A DNA stretch of 35,903 nucleotides from Jimgerdemannia flammicorona (Eukaryota). The stretch's first letter is position 1, and every line of letters begins with the position of its first letter. Below, piece by piece: positions 34,003-35,903 of this stretch. The stretch is from positions 1 through 35,903 of the forward strand of contig RBNJ01000233.1 of NCBI GenBank assembly GCA_003990765.1, given 5' to 3'. The notes beneath the pieces were generated by a model that ran no database searches, was not told where the DNA came from, and was given only the letters and a program-made list of their open reading frames with translations. The position numbers were made by a program, and so were the translations under genes.

Positions 34003-35770
34003 AATATGATCAGAGATGAGATGGCCTAGGTATATGGTATTATCAAGTGAGCTTACACTACTAGAGTAGATAGACAGCTAGCTTTTTTGAACCAAGAGAA
34101 GGCCTATAACAGAGTTCAGTGATTATAGTTGAAAGGGGTGCTTAAGTATATTGGGGTCCTCTCTGGAGTCTGGTAGGTCTTGGTCAGTCTACTGGAAGGG
34201 AGTTGGACAGCAATCATGATAAATGAACATAAGGGGGTTTTATTTCCTCTGGGAATGAGTGTGCTACAGGGAGATCCACTATCGCTGATTCTGTATGTGT
34301 TATCCCTGGAGCCTCTTTTGGATAAGATATGACATAAGGTGGGGGGGTTGGATATTCTGGGGATTAATTGGAAGGTGGGGGCCCTTACTGATAATATAGT
34401 AGTTGGGCTGAGGTTAGCTAAGGATATTGCAGCACTGAAAGATATAGTAGAGTAGTATGAGGAGTGCTTGAGTACTAAGCTCAACTGGTATAAGTGTGAG
34501 ACTTTAGTATTAGAAGAATAGTAGGTAGAGATGTGATTGGAACAATCATCTCTACAGGAGAGGCTGTTTGCTATCTGGAGATTTACTTTTCAGTATATGG
34601 TTCCTTATTATCTAATAGACAGTAGAAGCAGTAGTTGGTAGAGTGGGGGAGCACTCTCTTGAGATGAGGCAGTCATTATATATCTCTGGTAGAGAGAGTG
34701 ATAGTGCTGAATGTATACTGGCTATCTAAGCTATAGTATCTGAGATATTACTTAGACTTTCCAACATAGGTGGTCAAGCAATTGTTGAAAATGGTCTGGA
34801 CCTAGATATGAATAGGACAATAGAGTCAGATTGATTGGGAGGTATTGACCTGGTCTATAGACTGGGGAGGTCTGGGTCTGGTGGATTTTTCTAAGTATCT
34901 TTATTGCTTAAGAGTATAGTAGTTGAAGCAAGTGAGTAAGTTGAGGGGCAGAGAGTGGGTTTCTCTCATGCAGAGAGTATGAGAGGTCCAGTTCTCCCTT
35001 GTAGTACAACTAGGGACCTTCTATCTCTGGTGGCTTTGGAGGGGAGTCAGAGGATATACTATAGAGAATTCTGATAGGAGGTGGTTAATGGGGCTCATTA
35101 TATTGATCTCTGATAGTAGAGTAATGAGAGAGAGGAGGAATAGAGACCTCAGATGTGAAGGTAGGACTGCCTTTTGTTGAGTGGAGTGCCAGTGGATAAC
35201 TTCTGTTTAAAGAATAGTATAGAGTACCTTCAGGAGTATAGAAGAGATCTGTGGCCTGAGATATGGTAGGGAGTGGGAATTAGAGAAAAGTGGAACTGGA
35301 ATAGTATTTGGCTGTAGAGCAAGTAGGCAGTGAGATAAATCTCTTCTAAGTTCTGAGTAGTATAGTAGTGAATTTTATAATATAATGTGATATTGAACTA
35401 TCAGATGGGGCACTTGATAGAAGGAGATACCCAGGAGTATGAGGAGTGTCTGAACATTAGACAGGAGAGAGGAGTGGTACAGACTCCTAAATATTGGTTA
35501 AGAGAGTGTGAGGTGATAGAGAACTTTTGGAGGGCAATTAAAGAGCAGCTAGGGTATATCTACCTGAGTTGGTGGCAGGAGGGAGGTGGAGTAATCTCCA
35601 GAGAAGGCTGGTGGGGGAGTTGAGAGATAAGTGGTTGATATTAGGATGAATGCTAGTGATTTAAATTGAACTTATAGGATATTGGCTATATGTATTCAAG
35701 AAGGATCAATGGTTAATATTGGGAGTGAGAGTGGCTAGATAGGAGTGGTTGATGATGGACCTGTTGAATG
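34003..35770 (+). mobile_element. Non-LTR retrotransposon ORF2 fragment (L1/Tx1-like RT plus C-terminal zinc finger), decayed
   Basis: Plus-frame LAFLNQEKAYNRV (~34078-34116), VLQGDPLSLILYVLSLEPLL (34261-34320), GALTDNIVV (decayed xADD) and KLNWYKC. C-terminal ECLN..QTPKYWLREC..FW (ORF 35387..35623) resembles zf-RVT. Confidence 0.85.
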
Positions 35771-35903
35771 AGTAGTAGAGGGGTGGGGGTGCTGGTGGGG
35801 GGTATCAGAGGTAACTGGTGGAGATGATCTGTAGGAAAAGTAGAAGGAGGATTGGGGTAATAGGGGGGTTGATAGTATTTCAGGAGAATAGTAAGAGAGA
35901 GAG

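Noticed and set aside
35387..35623. NYQMGHLIEGDTQE resembles DYEIGHRLHNETQE of the LTR ORF in C
   Set aside because: Its position downstream of a LINE RT and the C..H..EC..FW pattern fit the ORF2 C-terminal zinc finger. No other LTR-ORF motif is present.

Overview
This is an AT-rich, strongly CpG-depleted eukaryotic window, probably fungal given the short GT-AG introns, though the lineage cannot be fixed from the sequence alone. It consists almost entirely of nested transposable elements, and I found no host housekeeping gene. Contents: (i) two copies of one Ty3/Gypsy family with domain order gag-PR-dUTPase-RT-RNaseH-IN, namely A (1-5101, +, partial) and B (16847-25599, -, full length, 4-bp ATAT TSD); (ii) a second dUTPase-bearing Ty3 family D (7606-~32690, +) whose 5' LTR is split by (iii) a hAT DNA transposon H2 (8543-26151, 8-bp TSD), with the right arm of a second copy H1 at 5102-6631; (iv) a CpG-rich solo LTR C (9677-12152) and a hAT MITE (12390-12699) inside the hAT transposase; (v) a further LTR remnant and an L1/Tx1-like LINE fragment at the right end. 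Two features stand out. First, a 270-330 aa protein-coding gene lies inside the LTRs and is conserved at protein level between diverged LTR families. Second, the hAT element carries a convergent, intron-containing cargo gene whose decayed sequence resembles a TET/JBP-type 2OG-Fe(II) dioxygenase. All family calls come from motif recognition by eye; no searches were run.
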